DNA of 64,000 nt from Chrysomallon squamiferum (Eukaryota; Animalia; Mollusca). Under the pieces are notes generated by a model. The model made no database searches and was not told where the DNA came from. It saw nothing but the letters and a program-made list of their open reading frames with translations. Shown here piece by piece: positions 41,001 through 63,287 of the stretch. The first letter of the stretch is position 1, and each line of letters opens with the position of its first letter. The translations under genes were made by a program, and so were the position numbers. The stretch is taken from positions 4,898,001 to 4,962,000 of the forward strand of contig CM022672.1 in assembly GCA_012295275.1 (NCBI GenBank), written 5' to 3'.

Positions 41001-43746
41001 ATACAGTTCTAAACAATTCTCTTTATATCTTGAAATCTACACCATTATTGTTATTATTATTATTATTTTTTTTTTTTTTGTGTGTGTGTTTTTGTGGGGG
41101 GGAGTTATGTTTGTTGTTCTTGGGGGGTTTTTAGGTTTTGGGAATTTATTAATTTTTTTTTTTTTAATATTTGTTTTATGACTTTAGTAAATCGAAGAGA
41201 AATGAACTTACTTCCTCAACACGTAGAACTTTAACTCTGGCTGTAGCGAAATCGTTCTTGTGTTTGTTCTGCGCCACGCACGTGTAATCTCCCTCGTGGT
41301 GTTTCTCGATGTGCTCGATCTGAATCCAGCCTGTTACCTGGAAACGTCCTGGTCCGCCACGTGACGCGGTGAGAATCTTCTCGTCATCACCTAGTGGAAG
41401 AAACAGAGTCAGTAACAACGTTTAATACAGTTCTCTTTAAAACACCATTAATAACGTTTAATACAGTTCTCTTTAAAACACCAGTAACAACGTTTAATAC
41501 AGTTCTCTTTAAAACATCAGTAATAACGTTTAATACAGTTCTCTTTAAAACACCAGTAATAACGTTTAATACAGTTCTCTTTAAAACACCAGTAACAACG
41601 TTTAAGACAGTTCTCTTTAAAACATCAGTAATAATGTTTAATACATCAGTAATAACGTTTAATACAGTTCTCTTTAAAACATCAATAATAACGTTTAAAA
41701 CACCAGTAATAACGTTTAATACAGTTCTCTTTAAAACACAAGTATTAACGTTTAATGCAGTTCTCTTTAAAATACCAGTGTTAACGTTTAATACAGTTCT
41801 GCTTAAAACATCAGTATTAACATTTAATACAGTTCTCTTTAAAATACCAGTATTAACATTTAATACAGTTCTCTTTAAAATACCAATAATATCCTTTAAT
41901 ACAGTTCTCCTTAAAATACAAGTAATAACGTTTAATACAGTTCTCCTTAAAATACCAGTAATAACGTTTAATACAGTTCTCTTTAAAACACCAGTAATAA
42001 CGTTTAATACAGTTCTCTTTAAAATACCAGTATTAACTTTAATACAGTCTCTTTAAAATACCAGTATTAACTTTAATACAGTCTCTTTAAAATACCAGTA
42101 TTAACTTTAATACAGTCTCTTTAAAATACCAGTATTAACTTTAATACAGTCTCTTTAAAATACCAGTAATAACATTTTCGGCATGTTTAGGTGGGCGCAC
42201 ACAAAAAACATGCATACTTGCATTCATGTTCATATTTATATGCACACACATTGACAGAAAAATCAAGAGAACTCGATGATTAATAAACACAGAATTTTTA
42301 AATTTTTTATTTTAATTTTATTATTATTATCATCATCATCATCATCATAACTATTTTTTTTTTTTTTTTTTTTATTTTTTTTTGGGGGGTGCGGGTACAT
42401 TTTTAGATTTTGGATGCAAGTACGCATAATTATAAATAACATACGTATTTACACAAATTTAATCTCGATACAATAACAACTACGCTTTCATTCAAATGTG
42501 CATATATATAATACACACACTGTCTCAAATGTTTACTGAAAATGTTCTGTGTTTGTAATCTAAGAATTCCAGGGTATATTCGCATCTATAAAACAAGACT
42601 TAAAAGAACTTACCTGGCATGCTGTATGTCTGGTTGTCTGCTCGGGTGTAAATCCAAGCCACGTGGGGTGTGGGGAATCCGACAGCCTCACAGGACAGGA
42701 CGATAGACCCCCCAGTGTAGTTACGTGTGAACTCTGGGGGAGTCATGATTTTGGCCGCTGAAAAAAAGAAGAAGAAAAAAAAACAACTAAATAAATAAAT
42801 AAAATAATAAAATAAAACTAAAAATATAAAATAAAGTAAAATATAATAAATATATTTATAAATAAATTTAATTACATATTAATATTAAACAACAAAGTTA
42901 CGAATACATCTTTAAATAAATAAATAAATAATCCATTAAGATGTCGGGTAAAAGCTTACTACCGAATATTAATTGTTATTTTATTTAAATGTGGAAAGCT
43001 TTTTTTTTTTTTTGCTTGTTTTATTAAAATAAAAATAAAAAAAACAAAAAAAAAAACATCGGGTTCACATTATCGTTATATAAAAAATTATTTATATGAA
43101 AGATGTTTTGGGATCTTGTTTAATAAATATTCATTAATAGTTGATAATTATACTAAAATCGTCTTTTTTTCCTCTTTTGTCTTTTCTTTTTTTTAACCCT
43201 AATAAAATAGGATTGTGTTGGTTTATCATCAGCATTATTATTATTATTATTATTATTATTACAATTTTTATTATTATTATTTTTACACTTGTGTGCCAAC
43301 GAACGAGTAAACACCTACGTATTTTCTCTCTCTTTGTACAACACTCTTTATCTACACACACATATTTATGTACACAGTGTATGCTTATCACTAGGTCAAA
43401 GCGATAAGCTAAAAAATAAAAAATAAACCAGTACAAACATTTACAGTAGACAGACCTGTTTTTAACACGGCGTTTCACTGAGTAAAACAGTCTCACGTTC
43501 TCGATTATGATTTACAAAAGCACGCCCTACTTGAACGACGACATAGTTTATTTTGATCTTCGTGTTGAATAATGTTAGTAGAAACCGTACACATAAGGGA
43601 AAATACCGTTGCAAGAAAATCTCGTAACAGCTATTAAAGCTTGACATTCGTAGATTATTTTTTTAAATGAATGCGTATTTTGTGTGTGTGTGTGTGTGTG
43701 TATGCGTGTATTTCGGTGTGTTTGTGGGTGTTAATATTTCGGTGTG

Positions 43747-43841
<95 letters not shown>

Positions 43842-45975
43842 ACTCCTGTATTAACTGGTTAAAAGGTATATATTTACGTAAATGACTATTAGAACCTATG
43901 AACTGTGTGTGTATGAATGTATGTATGTATGTATGATGTGTGTGTGTTATTTATAAGTGTATATGTGTGTGTAAACGTAGTAATGTATGTTTGTATGTAT
44001 TTGTATATATGTATGTGTGTATGTAGTATGTATGTATGTACACTGGACTCTGTGAAAAACCGAGCTTTGACGTATCCGGATTTTTGTGTAATCCGCAATA
44101 ATTTCTTTATCGTTATTCTGTTATGCACAAAATCCTGTCTAATCTGGATTTGCATTTTAACATCTTTAATGCACTCTTCTCTCTACTGTAATCCTACAAG
44201 CTTATAATAATAAAGTCACTTCAAGACAAGGCAAGAAGTTTATTTCTCTAAACACATGCAGTATTGAGGACATATAAACACAACATAATTAAACAGTATT
44301 TTCTGTAGTGGTACAGAATGTGTTAATTATAATTTAACATGGAGGACTGACTCTATGAAAGACAATTTGTAAAAATCGGAAAGGTTTAGATCAAAATTGA
44401 CTTTTTTTGTTGAAGAAAATAAATGGTGAAATGGTATAGCATTTGGTCTAAGTGTATAAATAACATGGTACATATTTACTTTAACTGCGCAGTTAAAAAC
44501 ATAATGGAACTTATCACCAATATCAGATTTACATAAATGAGATATTCTGTCTTCTTTTTCAGTGTAGAAACGTCTACCAATTTCTATAGGAAGCTGGACA
44601 TCACTGGTTCTAAATTTACATAATGCTCTAACATTTTTTGTTGTCAGTTTTAACAGATAATGTTGTAATTCAAATTCATTTTTAAAATTTTTATAATTAA
44701 TGCCTTTAGATGACTCAAGTTTATCTGTATTCTATTTTTGTAAGAACTGACCACATAAATTTGTTTTAACAATATGTTCTAACCACAAAATATTCACTTG
44801 GACATATGAATATATTCTACATAAACCACCTTCATCTAGTATCTCTTTTACAGAAGGTAACTCGATATATCATTTATACTGTGTTTATAGGACAACAACC
44901 TGTATAGTTTATCAGACAATTTGTACCCTTTACAGTTAATAACCTTTGCCAGAAATGTAATTAATATTATTTTAACACTTAGAGACAAAGGATATTTCCA
45001 TAAATCACTATAAACCATAAAGCTTGGTGTTCACTTGTTAACACGCGATCTGTATTTGCAAACCTTGGGACGAAGTCTTTCAGATGTATCTAAATTACTA
45101 AAACACCAATGTTTTGGACAGTCGATTGATAAAGCAAAAATTATCTGCATTATTTTAATACAGCAAACACTGACTTTGAAATTGAGTTGAGATTTAAATC
45201 TTTCTTAGTATTTATGAAGGATCCAGATTTAGTTAAAACAAGCCCAAAGATGTCGAGTGTAAATTCCAGAACAAAAAAAAAAAAAAAAAATTAAAACAAG
45301 ATGTTTAGTATATTTAGTTTAGTCAACAACGGCACACAATGCTGTAAGTGCGTTCATTAAAATGTTCTTAAACAGTGACGGCAATTTGCACGTAATTAAT
45401 TAGGCTGTAACTTGAGATCAAATGATCACACTTCTTTGAAGGCTTATATACATAATGATGCCATACTTCCTGGAATTACTGTATGCAGCTAAATGAACAA
45501 GATTAGTATCAATACGTAAATACACGCGGCGCACATTTTGCTTTGTCTGACTGAAGTAAACGCAGAGCTACCTAAAAAAAAACGGCAACGTTATCGAACT
45601 TTCTAAAGTAAAATGAATAGAAACATTGCTGTCGAATCAGTATTGTAAACAGAAAAAATTATTTAAGAAAAGTTTTGTTTTTGTGTTTGTTTACGGTTAC
45701 TTGGAAGCTGTTTCGGATTTCTACTTAAGTCGCTTGGTTAACTATGATCTTTACTGTACGAGTAAATTCTGTACAGTCAGCTATCATGTCCATTTCAGTT
45801 AATTTAATTTGTATACAAGTTTAAAAGAACTGTATATATTGTGATCCTCTATTCATAGCAGTAAAATAATGCATTTTTTGCGACTATTCGTACAGTTGGT
45901 CACGTGATATAAATATAATTTGACGGAAATAACGCTGGCCAATCGTTGGAGGCAAATTAATAATAATAATAATAA

Positions 45976-46011
<36 letters not shown>

Positions 46012-46420
46012 ATATTATAATAAAATATCTACAGTTAATATTACACGTAAAATAAATCTATCTAATTAAACAGTTTCTTAGATATCCGGGTTTTGCGTAA
46101 AACAAAGACGAGACTGCCTATCAGCTACTGACGAAATCAGACTTTAAACCGATGTTAAACATGGAGGCCGTGAGAGAGGAGACAGATTTGGAGAGAAATA
46201 TGGAGAAAAAAACACCCCTTCCAAACCCCCCTCCCCGCAGTCATCAGTGACAGGCTGTTTGTTTCTCAGTCGACATTCAAAAGATGTTTAATTGTAACAT
46301 TCGTAAAAAATTTACTTATTTCATGTCTTTTTAATCTTTATAAATCGGCACAGTCTATATCGTTGGTCCCAAGTGAATCCGGTTTCGACACATTCCACTG
46401 TAAATGATTAGGTATATATG

Positions 46421-46459
<39 letters not shown>

Positions 46460-49449
46460 TTATCGCGAAGGACTGTAGAATTTACAGAGATCGCCATTTA
46501 GTCTTAAAATGTATCACATAATTTCCCAGTCCATAATTTTAGCGATTGTCTGTGGTCATGTTTTTGATCCAAAAATTCTCTGTTTTATGTTCATGTTTGT
46601 AAATGAACATTTATTAATATATGTGTGAACGCCCTTCAGACTGTAAAATAAATCACTAAAATCTGATTGGATGAAATTGAAATTAGTATACATGTGAATT
46701 AGGTGTCAGATCGTAAGTTGAAAGTCAAGTTTCCATGAAAACTGTTATTCACAATCACTATACTCTTCCCGTATCACACATACTTGTGACAATCTACATA
46801 CTATAAAATAATTATTATATTTATATTTCGGGTGTCTTATGTCTAAATAACTGGCTGAGTAGACAGATGAACTATAAAAAAAATAACGTACTGCTTTCAG
46901 ACCTGACGTTTTTATTCACCATCACAAATAATTATAGTTTGGCTATGAACACGGGATAATTATGGGAAGAGTTAACTCCAGCTACGGTAACCCGGTCAAC
47001 GTTTCGACATTTTTAACAACATGTTTTACGAAGAGATTCAGCGAGTCTATAAATAAACACTTCTTCGCTTAGAACCGTGGGTTTCAACTGCCGTTGATTC
47101 CTGAAGAAAACGTCTTAAATTACATAAACAAGAATTTTGTTTACTTCTATGTAAACTTCAGTCTGAATAAGAAAAATGCCGCACCCTTTTCCGTTTTGAG
47201 TGAGCGGTCTAAACAAGCAGATGATTTGCAAACGCGGTAGTTCAAGACTGACCCTTAGATCAGACAGAACTCAGGATCGATTCATATTATCAGAAACGTT
47301 TGTTTTATTAATTATTTATTTGGTCATACCGGCGACAGGATAATTATAATCAGTGAGAAAAACAATGGATTTGCTATGTATTTTTTTCCAGTATACATTA
47401 CAGAATATTCTACTCACTTCAACAGCCTATCAGGAAGCACTCTTTGTCAGAATTTCCACTAAAAATGATTATTCCTTATGCTCCATTACAGCCGAAACGT
47501 CTATTTAACATGCTTTAATTTTATGTAATGTTTATATCATTTTATATTTTAAAGAAATACATATATATATACATACACACACACACATACATATATCAAC
47601 CATTCTTTGTAAGATTTAAATTCAAACCAGCGACATTTTGTTCTTTTTATACGAGCATTTCATTTAAGTCTTATACTGAAAGTAGTAAGCAACAATAAGT
47701 TTTAAAAATGTATTAAAATATCACTTGCTGTCCGGATCACGTGATCCTTTTCTCAGACAACGCGTGATAACACTCATCGTAAATATTCGTAAAACAAACT
47801 ATGTTGTTGACGTCTAATACTTTACTTATTGGCTGTGTCATTCACTTCAAGTTAGTTTACTGCACCCTGAGTCTGGTTATGATTACGAGGTTGAATGAAC
47901 GAGAGAACTGATATGAAAGGAGACACATCTGTTGCTTAGCAACAGTGAGCTTCGTGTAGAAAAGAAATGCTCTCGAGAAACATGAACGAGTTGGACAGAT
48001 GCTGATAACATTACAGATGTTCTAAACAATTGTGAGTGACGTTTTAGAACTGGCATTTTAACATAGTTGGCCTATATGTCACAATGTACGAAATTACTGA
48101 CAGACAGACGCACATCTATGCAGTCTGTGACATCAAAATGAAATCCTTGGCACATTTTAAATAAATAAATAAATAAATAAATACATTCTAGAATTCAAAT
48201 ACTTTATGAAATTCATGTTCCCAACGCATTAAACGTCGTTTTCTTTCCACTGAATTATTGTTTTCCTTTTCTTTGTTGTTCGTATCGACTAAGTGATCAG
48301 TAGACAGAGTTGATGTTACATAACGTTAATCGTCTGTACTCAGATCGGGGTAAACTTACATAAAAGCGGTGACATGATTTATCGTATAACTAACTACACG
48401 TGTGACTCAGCGGGGCAGTGAGAACAACTCCCCTCCCAAATTAGGTCAAAACAGGAATGAAAATATAGGGAAAACAATCAGAAATTAGGACGTTTGTTTG
48501 TTGTTGTTGTTTTTTTGTTTTTTTGTGTTTTTTTTCATTTGTGAGAATTCTGATCAAGTCACAAGATCATTCGTTAAGACGTTTTTTTTTTTTTTTTTTC
48601 ATTTGTGAAAATACTGATCAAATCACTTCTCTATTCTCTTAATCAAACAGACCCGATGCGCCTGCAGTCGCAAGATCATTCCTCGTCGTTACAGCCAGGG
48701 ACTATTTCCAACCAGGTGTTCCACGACTATTATTACCAAAGATTTTATAGTACGCGAGTTCCTAGCTACGGCTCATATGTAAGTTCCCGTTCAGCTTATC
48801 GATGAGAGTAGTTCATGGAATGGCGGGAAAAAAGTTATCTTTTTTTAAAATTAAAATATATACATATAATATGACAAATAATATTAAAAGAATGTTCTGA
48901 GGTCGCTGTTAAACAAGTTACTCTTTCTACTATTTAGTTTAACAAAACTGAACACTATGATGAATTTCGAGTATTGATGTTTTATGTTACTAAGTATTTA
49001 TCGGAACACACCAAAAAATAGATGGCACGTTACAAACCTGGATCACAAGGTCCTCGGTAGTCAACTTTTAAACTCTTCGTCTTCTTCGACCTCACCGCTG
49101 TCGTCATCAGCTGGCACAGGTTGCTGTAAGTAACGCCGTCGCTGCCGCAGATGATTTCTTTATGCTGGCACAAACAGAAGCTGCCGAACTCGGTCGACTT
49201 GCATTCGAGGCCGTCACCGCAGGGGCCGTAGCCGTAGGGATCCTCGGAGCGGTCGCAGGGCTGGCCTTCCATCTGAGCACATCGTGGACAGCAGTCGCAT
49301 TCGTCTTTGACAACGCCGGACAGACAGTCGGACGTCGCGATCTTCTTGCAGGCGTCCACGTCGCATTTGCCGCACTTCGCTTCGTTTTTGGTGCGCGCTT
49401 CAGCCAAACAAAGAACAGCCAAAATGGCCACTAGAAGAAAATTCTTCAT
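40760..49449 (-). CDS. IGFBP7: Secreted IGFBP-Kazal-Ig protein (IGFBP-rP1/IGFBP7, KAZALD1 family), 249 aa, join of 49038..49449, 42614..42757, 41212..41390, 40760..40774
   Basis: Signal peptide [18 protein letters not shown]; IB domain [26 protein letters not shown]; Kazal [19 protein letters not shown]; Ig [15 protein letters not shown] ... GGP ... [10 protein letters not shown]. Phases 1,1,0 are consistent, total 750 nt. Confidence 0.92.
41410..42175. repeat. 36-bp minisatellite (~21 copies, last units 34 bp) in IGFBP7-like intron 2
   Basis: CAGTAATAACGTTTAATACAGTTCTCTTTAAAACAC; explains ORF 41394..42056. Confidence 0.95.
44039..46402. mobile_element. Possible decayed non-autonomous Tc1/pogo-type element (or two separate ends) in IGFBP7-like intron 1
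   Basis: Left end TA-CACTGGACTCTGTGAAAAACCG versus reverse complement of right end TA-CAGTGGAATGTGTCGAAACCG; no transposase ORF. Confidence 0.3.
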
Positions 49450-49963
49450 TTTTCGAAGATTCTAAGCTCTTCAGCACTCACCACCAGCTTGCAGTTTCCT
49501 TTGTTCCTCTTCGACTAACGACGCAAAACCTTTTGATATATATTTATATATATTTATATGTATTTTTTTGTTTGTTTTTTTCAGATCGTGATGAAAGAAA
49601 GTTTAAAAACTTAAACGAAGTAAAAAGTTTTCTTCTACGTGTCTTTTCAAAAATAGACCAAAGTAACTTGACTCCCGACCAGCGTCTTCGCTAGACAGCA
49701 GCAGCAGCTTGGAACTGTTCCCACTCGTAGCCTGAGAATTTTTGTAAAACCATCCGAGATGTTACGTTACCTAATGAAGTATGGCTACTTTGCGATGAAG
49801 AGTTTTGTCAGGCTAACATCCGATGTGTTGGAGTATTGTATGTACGAACGCGGGGGTGATAGGTAAGTTGCGTATTAATGCGGAAAGAATTTCCTATTTC
49901 CGTCTCGACCTGCACAAAACAGCACTGTTTTTACATATCGTGCATTTAAATTTGAAATTATTA

Positions 49964-50043
<80 letters not shown>

Positions 50044-50294
50044 AATAAGAACTTCACAGCTAACTTTTAGCTTTAATATATTTCTATTGCATATTTAATG
50101 CATATGTTTTAACCTGATGACATAACGATATTGCGTCACTGAAATTACTCAAAGCATGCAAACATCCAGCTTCAACAGTCTCCTTTATTCTCAGCTGTGA
50201 AATGTCAACAAAACCTCTACACAGACATTGTAATCATGTAATAACAGATTTTATTTTATATTTCAGATATTAAGTAACAAGTACTGATGTGCTA

Positions 50295-50365
<71 letters not shown>

Positions 50366-50727
50366 TTTGTATCTGTTTATCAACGTCAATTTCAGAGACA
50401 AAGAGAGAGAGACAGAATGAGAAAGACAGAGAGACAATGAGGGAAAATACCTGTGCGTGTTTTTTTTAATATTTAATAGAATTTTGCATAAAATATAAAA
50501 TATACAGAATGACAATCTGATTGTAACAACGATCATAAGATAATTCATTATTTATTTTAAATTAAATTATTAACAATAATAATGTATATATAAAATTAGT
50601 GTTTAAACAGTAAAAATATATAGTGTGATAAAGAGAGGCATCATAAATTCATCTAAATATAACTTTGTATACGTTTTAATTATGATTATTATGATTATTA
50701 TTTTATTATTATTATTATTATTATTAC

Positions 50728-50790
<63 letters not shown>

Positions 50791-51535
50791 GCTTTTTAAA
50801 ATATTTATGTTAATAATGTACTCATGAATATGGTTATTACAAACTCTCTCTCTAGACTAAATCGAAATTAAAATGGAATAAATAACAAAACTGTAATAAC
50901 AAATAAAAATTTGCTTTATTTTATTTATTTATTTATACTTGGTTGCTAACCTATTGGCTAACACATAAAAATAAATCTGTTTAATAAAATATCACACTGG
51001 TAGAAATTGCTTTTTTTTTTTTTTTTTTTTTTTTTTCTTTTTTTGATGAACTACAAGTATCTGACCAAGCATGAAACTTAATTTGGTCAAAAAGAAATAT
51101 TTTAACCACAACAAAATTAGAACATACTTTATATTTCACAAAAATACATCATCTACTAAAAAAAATACTGGTCAAAGCTTCCTAATAAATAATTTAATAT
51201 TTCGCATATTTAAAATTTACTAAAAAAAATGAGATTTTCAATAGTTTAAATTATCATTGTCAGTCAGTTAACATTCGACTCAGAAGAATCGGATAATACT
51301 GGATTTTGAACTTGTGATTTTAAGGGACATAAAAGAAATATAAAAACAATGGTTTCTATAGTCAATGGTTTCTACAAATTATACTACGACATCCCTTTCG
51401 GCTGAGAAATACTCTTATTCATACTTAGCAGAGCTGACTGTAGGCAAATTTTAAACAGGAAGATTTATTAAACATAAATCTATAAGTAAAATGGTATGTT
51501 ACACTGTGACTTCAAATCGATGGTATTTCTAATTA

Positions 51536-51833
51536 ACTTGTTGAGGAATCCTTTTCCGAAATTCCAAAATCCGAAAAGCTCCGAAACAGGAAACTATTTC
51601 CGAGCAGTAGAAATAACAATATCTTACAGTTTTCAGACTTGTTTTGCTTAAAGATATTATTTTTAAAATCCTGCAGACCATATAAGTAAGCTGTATATGA
51701 AAAATAAATGGAATACATATTTATACGTTAGATTTTATTCTCATGCAATCTCCTTATATTCCGAAATCCGAAATATTGCGAAATCCGAAACACTTCCGGT
51801 CCCAGCAATTCCGGATAAAGGATTCTCAACCTC
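51536..51833. mobile_element. pogo/Tigger-family MITE (Tigger4/MER46-like ends)
   Basis: Imperfect TIRs GTTGAGGAATCCTTTTCCGAAATT / AATTCCGGATAAAGGATTCTCAAC, TA at the ends, internal AAATCCGAAA repeats. Confidence 0.7.
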
Positions 51834-52394
51834 TAGTAACATTATACAGTTCAAGGCTTAGTCACAGAAGATCGCGGACAAAATGTCACGTGGTTAACTG
51901 AATCTGTGTGCACACAGAACAGTGAATCTGTGACTGATTCTGAATAATCCTAATTAATTTATACAGCTTTTGCTTGCTACATAACAGCTGTCACATAACT
52001 ATAATAAGATTAAATGGAACGATATTTTTTTTTTTTTTTTTTTTTTAGAAAAATTGTTTTTATTAAACTGTTATAGTATAGAGGAAGAAGCATGCTCAGC
52101 TGTTAGTATATAAGCAGTTCACAATTTTCTATAATATCTGTTTCCTTTTCATCTGCGACTCATTTTGTTAAAACGTGTTTTAACTGTCTCCAGGCCTCTC
52201 CTAGTCACGCATGCGCACAAATGAGAAGGTCGTGGTGAGGTCCAAAATAATCTTTCCTTTGAACAGCTTGTCCTCGGAACTTGGCCAGAGTAACTGTTTT
52301 CAACATCACAGTTGTAATGTTTTTTTTCGATAAATGTACATTAACCGGTTTGTTTTTAAATTAAAAATAAAAATCATACGTTTGTGGCTGACGG

Positions 52395-59551
<7,157 letters not shown>

Positions 59552-60186
59552 TTCTGCGTCGTTCACATTCTACTTTTTACTTTCTTAATTTCCTGTTCAT
59601 TAAATCAGTTACTGAAACAGTCTTTTGATGAGTAACTTCAATTCACATTCCTAGGAATAAAAGAATAAAACCCACTCAAAAAACTATATTATTAGAACTC
59701 TTCAGATATGCAAATACGGAAGAAAAAAACAAAAGAAAAACCCCACACAAATGAATGTTTATGGAAGCATGTGTATATATGTATGTGTCTGTAGTACGTA
59801 TGTGCAGTATATGTGTGTGTGTTTGTGAGTGCTTGTAGAGGTATAGATAAATATATAAACTGTTATAAATCACACACTCTTGCATGTACTAAATAGGTCT
59901 TGATGTAACCTAACAAATAAGAACTTCACAAGCTGTTCTTTATGTGCTCAACACTGTCATACCGTAAAGAAGTAATTTAAGGAAAAGCACAACGACATAG
60001 TCAGATTATTATAAAATTATGAAATCACGAAAAGTCTACGTATAAAGCAGAATTACATAACAATCGAAAAATAACGGGATACAAATCAAAAACTCACCTG
60101 ATATTATATATAGACCTGTTGTCACTTTATCTAATATGGCTTCCCGGTCCAACTAGTCATGGGTATATATTATTCAGGTCAGTGAG

Positions 60187-60213
60187 TTTATAAGGAACGT
60201 CGGAAACTTCCGG
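60187..60213 (-). promoter_or_regulatory. Probable SH3BP2-like core promoter: TATA box plus overlapping ETS and kB-like sites
   Basis: TATAAA on the minus strand at 60187-60192; GGAAACTTCC at 60202-60211; ACTTCCGG at 60206-60213; non-coding exon donor CAG|GTGAGT at 60097 and acceptor at 59651. Confidence 0.5.
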
Positions 60214-60949
60214 GTTCAATGATAAACCCCGCAAATAACTGGATAAGCGGCCTCGCTATCTGCTTGTTGACAAGATATCTCTATCTATCCATCTATCCGT
60301 CTTCTGCCTGCCAGTCTGTCTGTCTGTCTTTTACCTACCCACCTATATGTTTCTCTGTGTGTATACATGCATGTATGAATGGATGCATTATGTTTGTTGT
60401 TTGTGCATGTGCGTACGCGTTTTCGTATATATGTACTTATGAGCAAACTAGTATATTTGTATGTGCGTGTGCATATATGTTTTTTAGTCACGATTTTGTT
60501 GAACTGATCACTTTAATATCAAAAACATAAGTTGTTCATCTAATTATTTTAGTTTACATGTACATTAATTAGCTACATGGTATGTGGTATGTAAAAGAAA
60601 TGACATCTTCACACACAAGAAAAGAAATAAGAAAAACAGGTTAGGCAAGTTTAGAAATAGTATTGTGTATTTGGACGTGTAAAATGTATAATACAGCTCG
60701 TGCTGTTGTATTACGTTTGCATATTAAAGTTACAAGAGGTAGCCATTGCCGAGCTTGATTTGGAAAGTGATATATGCAAGTAGAAAAAATAATACCCTCC
60801 CAACAACAACAACAACAACAACGACGATAATAATAATAATAAAAATAACAAGCCTTCTCTGCTTTTATACCGGTTTGATTTTCGCTAGTTGCCTATAACG
60901 GAGTTTTAAAAAAAAAAAAAAATTAAAAAAATTCCACAAATTTAATTTT

Positions 60950-60987
<38 letters not shown>

Positions 60988-61954
60988 CTTTTAATAAAAA
61001 CTTTTACATTCATTTTATGTATTATGGTGAAGAGACCAATAATTTTAAAGAGAAAAACGCTGGTCTGAACATTTTACTGCTATGTGAGACGAACAAACGC
61101 AACTTTAAAAAAGAAACAATTTGGCTGTGGCCTTAGGAATTCAGCATACATTATTACGAGAAAAAAAATATATATATCATAGTAATAATTTATATTTATA
61201 TTTATGCCTATGTAAGTAAATGCAGGATTTCTGAAAAATAATTAAAAAAAAGAAAGAAATTCAAAATAACAAGAAGAAATAAATAATATAATATGATATA
61301 ATGTAATATAATGTAATATAACATAATATATAGGAAACATGCGCAAGGTGGTTTACTCCACCTAAGGTCAGTTTCGCATATTTGAATGTATAATTAGTTA
61401 TGTATCAAATGTCTAGAAAAAACCCACAAACGTCGTGAATGGTTCTGTATTGTTTATTTAAATAAAAAACATATAATGAAATATCAAATTACATATAAAA
61501 ACGAAACATATTAAACAACTAATTACAAACACAAATAAAATAAATTAATTTAAATGATATTATATTTAACTTAGTAATATAAAATGTTTGTGTAAAAATT
61601 AACATCCGTGTTAAAATACTGATACACTAAATTAAATATATATATATATATATATACTGGATTTAATTAAGGATAAAAAATTAAATAAATACAAATTGCA
61701 CTTATTGTCAGAGAACAAGAATAAAAAACAGGAAGTCTCAAAGCAAAATAAATACATTGAAATACATATAAATTTTATTATAAGAACATATGTTGCTTTT
61801 TTAAGTTAAATGAATAAAAATTAGTGGTATCATTTTAGTACTAGGAGTTAATCATATTTCGTTTCAGAATAATTTTTTATTTCCTACCACAGTGTTGTTA
61901 CAACAGTTTAATTAATACTCTGTTCAACTTCTTTTTTTTTTTTAAATAGTAGTA

Positions 61955-62001
<47 letters not shown>

Positions 62002-62759
62002 TATTATTATTATTATTATTTATTTTAAAAAAAAGAAAAGGAAATACATTTATAAAAATATTAAATCATGTATATCACACAATAACATTAATCAAATATA
62101 GTTTGGATTAAATTATAATATTTTATCATAAAGAATCGGATATGTAAAACATTGCAATATAATATAAACAAATTTGATGAATAGTTATTATGTTTTTGTA
62201 ATCAACAACAAATTTTACTTTCAAAAAATTTAAATTTACTTATGACCCTAAAATAAATTTAAATGTAAAACAAATGTACCACTGAAAATTCATATAAACA
62301 AACAAGACATTAAAATTTATTTACAATCTTATCATCATAAAATCAAAATTAAATCAAAATTTATGATAAATAATTCATTAGAATGCTGTTAAATATGAAT
62401 GCTAAAAATTTCTGAGATAGAGTTTTCATTCCTTTACATAAATATAAATACATTCGACATAAATAAAAAATTTCAAAACATAAGGCATCCAAAATGATAT
62501 TATAGATCTTGAATTTTATCTTATAATGATAAATTCACTGTCAAAACAAACTAAATCAAACTATTATTTTTATATCACAGGCAATTTTAAAAATATTTTT
62601 AATTTTATATACCCGAAAGTATGTCAACATTACACTTACCTTGATGAGTGCACTGTCTGTAAATACAAGACTAAAAATATTTTTCAGTATAATTTTAGTT
62701 TTCATTACTCATGTTGACACTGTAGATTGTTGCTGTTACTTCTTGCCAGTATTTAAAAT

Positions 62760-63280
62760 GAAATATGTGTTGTATCTTGGTACATGTTATAATTCGGTAT
62801 GTGTTGTATTTTGGTATGTGTTATAATTCGGTATGTGTTGTATTTTGGTATGTATTGTAATGTGGTATGTGTTATAATTTGGTATGTGTTATAATTTGGT
62901 ATGTGTTATAATTCAGTATGTGTTATAATTTGGTATGTGTTATAATTTGGTATGTGTTGTATCTTGGTATGTGTTATAATTCGGTATGTGTTGTATCTTG
63001 GTATGTGTTGTATTTTGATACGTGTTGTATCTTGGTATGTGTTGTATCTCGTATGTGTTGTAACTTGGTATGTGTTGTATCTTGGTATGTGTTGTATTGG
63101 GTATGTGTTGTATTTGGTATGTGTTGTATTTGGTATGTGTTGTATCTTGGTATGTGTTGTATCTGGTATGTGTTGTATCTTGTATGTATTGTATCTTGGT
63201 ATGTGTTGTATTTGGTATGTGTTGTAACTTGGTATGTGTTGGTATGTGTTGATATCTTGGTATGTGTTGTATCTGGGTAT
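62760..63280. repeat. ~16-17-bp minisatellite (GGTATGTGTTGTATCTT variants) in the POLL 3' region
   Basis: About 30 degenerate copies; explains ORFs 62906-63337. Confidence 0.95.
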
Positions 63281-63287
63281 TTGTTTA

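Noticed and set aside
41394-42056. 220-aa repeat ORF ([12 protein letters not shown])n
   Set aside because: By-product of a 36-bp intronic minisatellite, antisense to IGFBP7-like, with no ATG start
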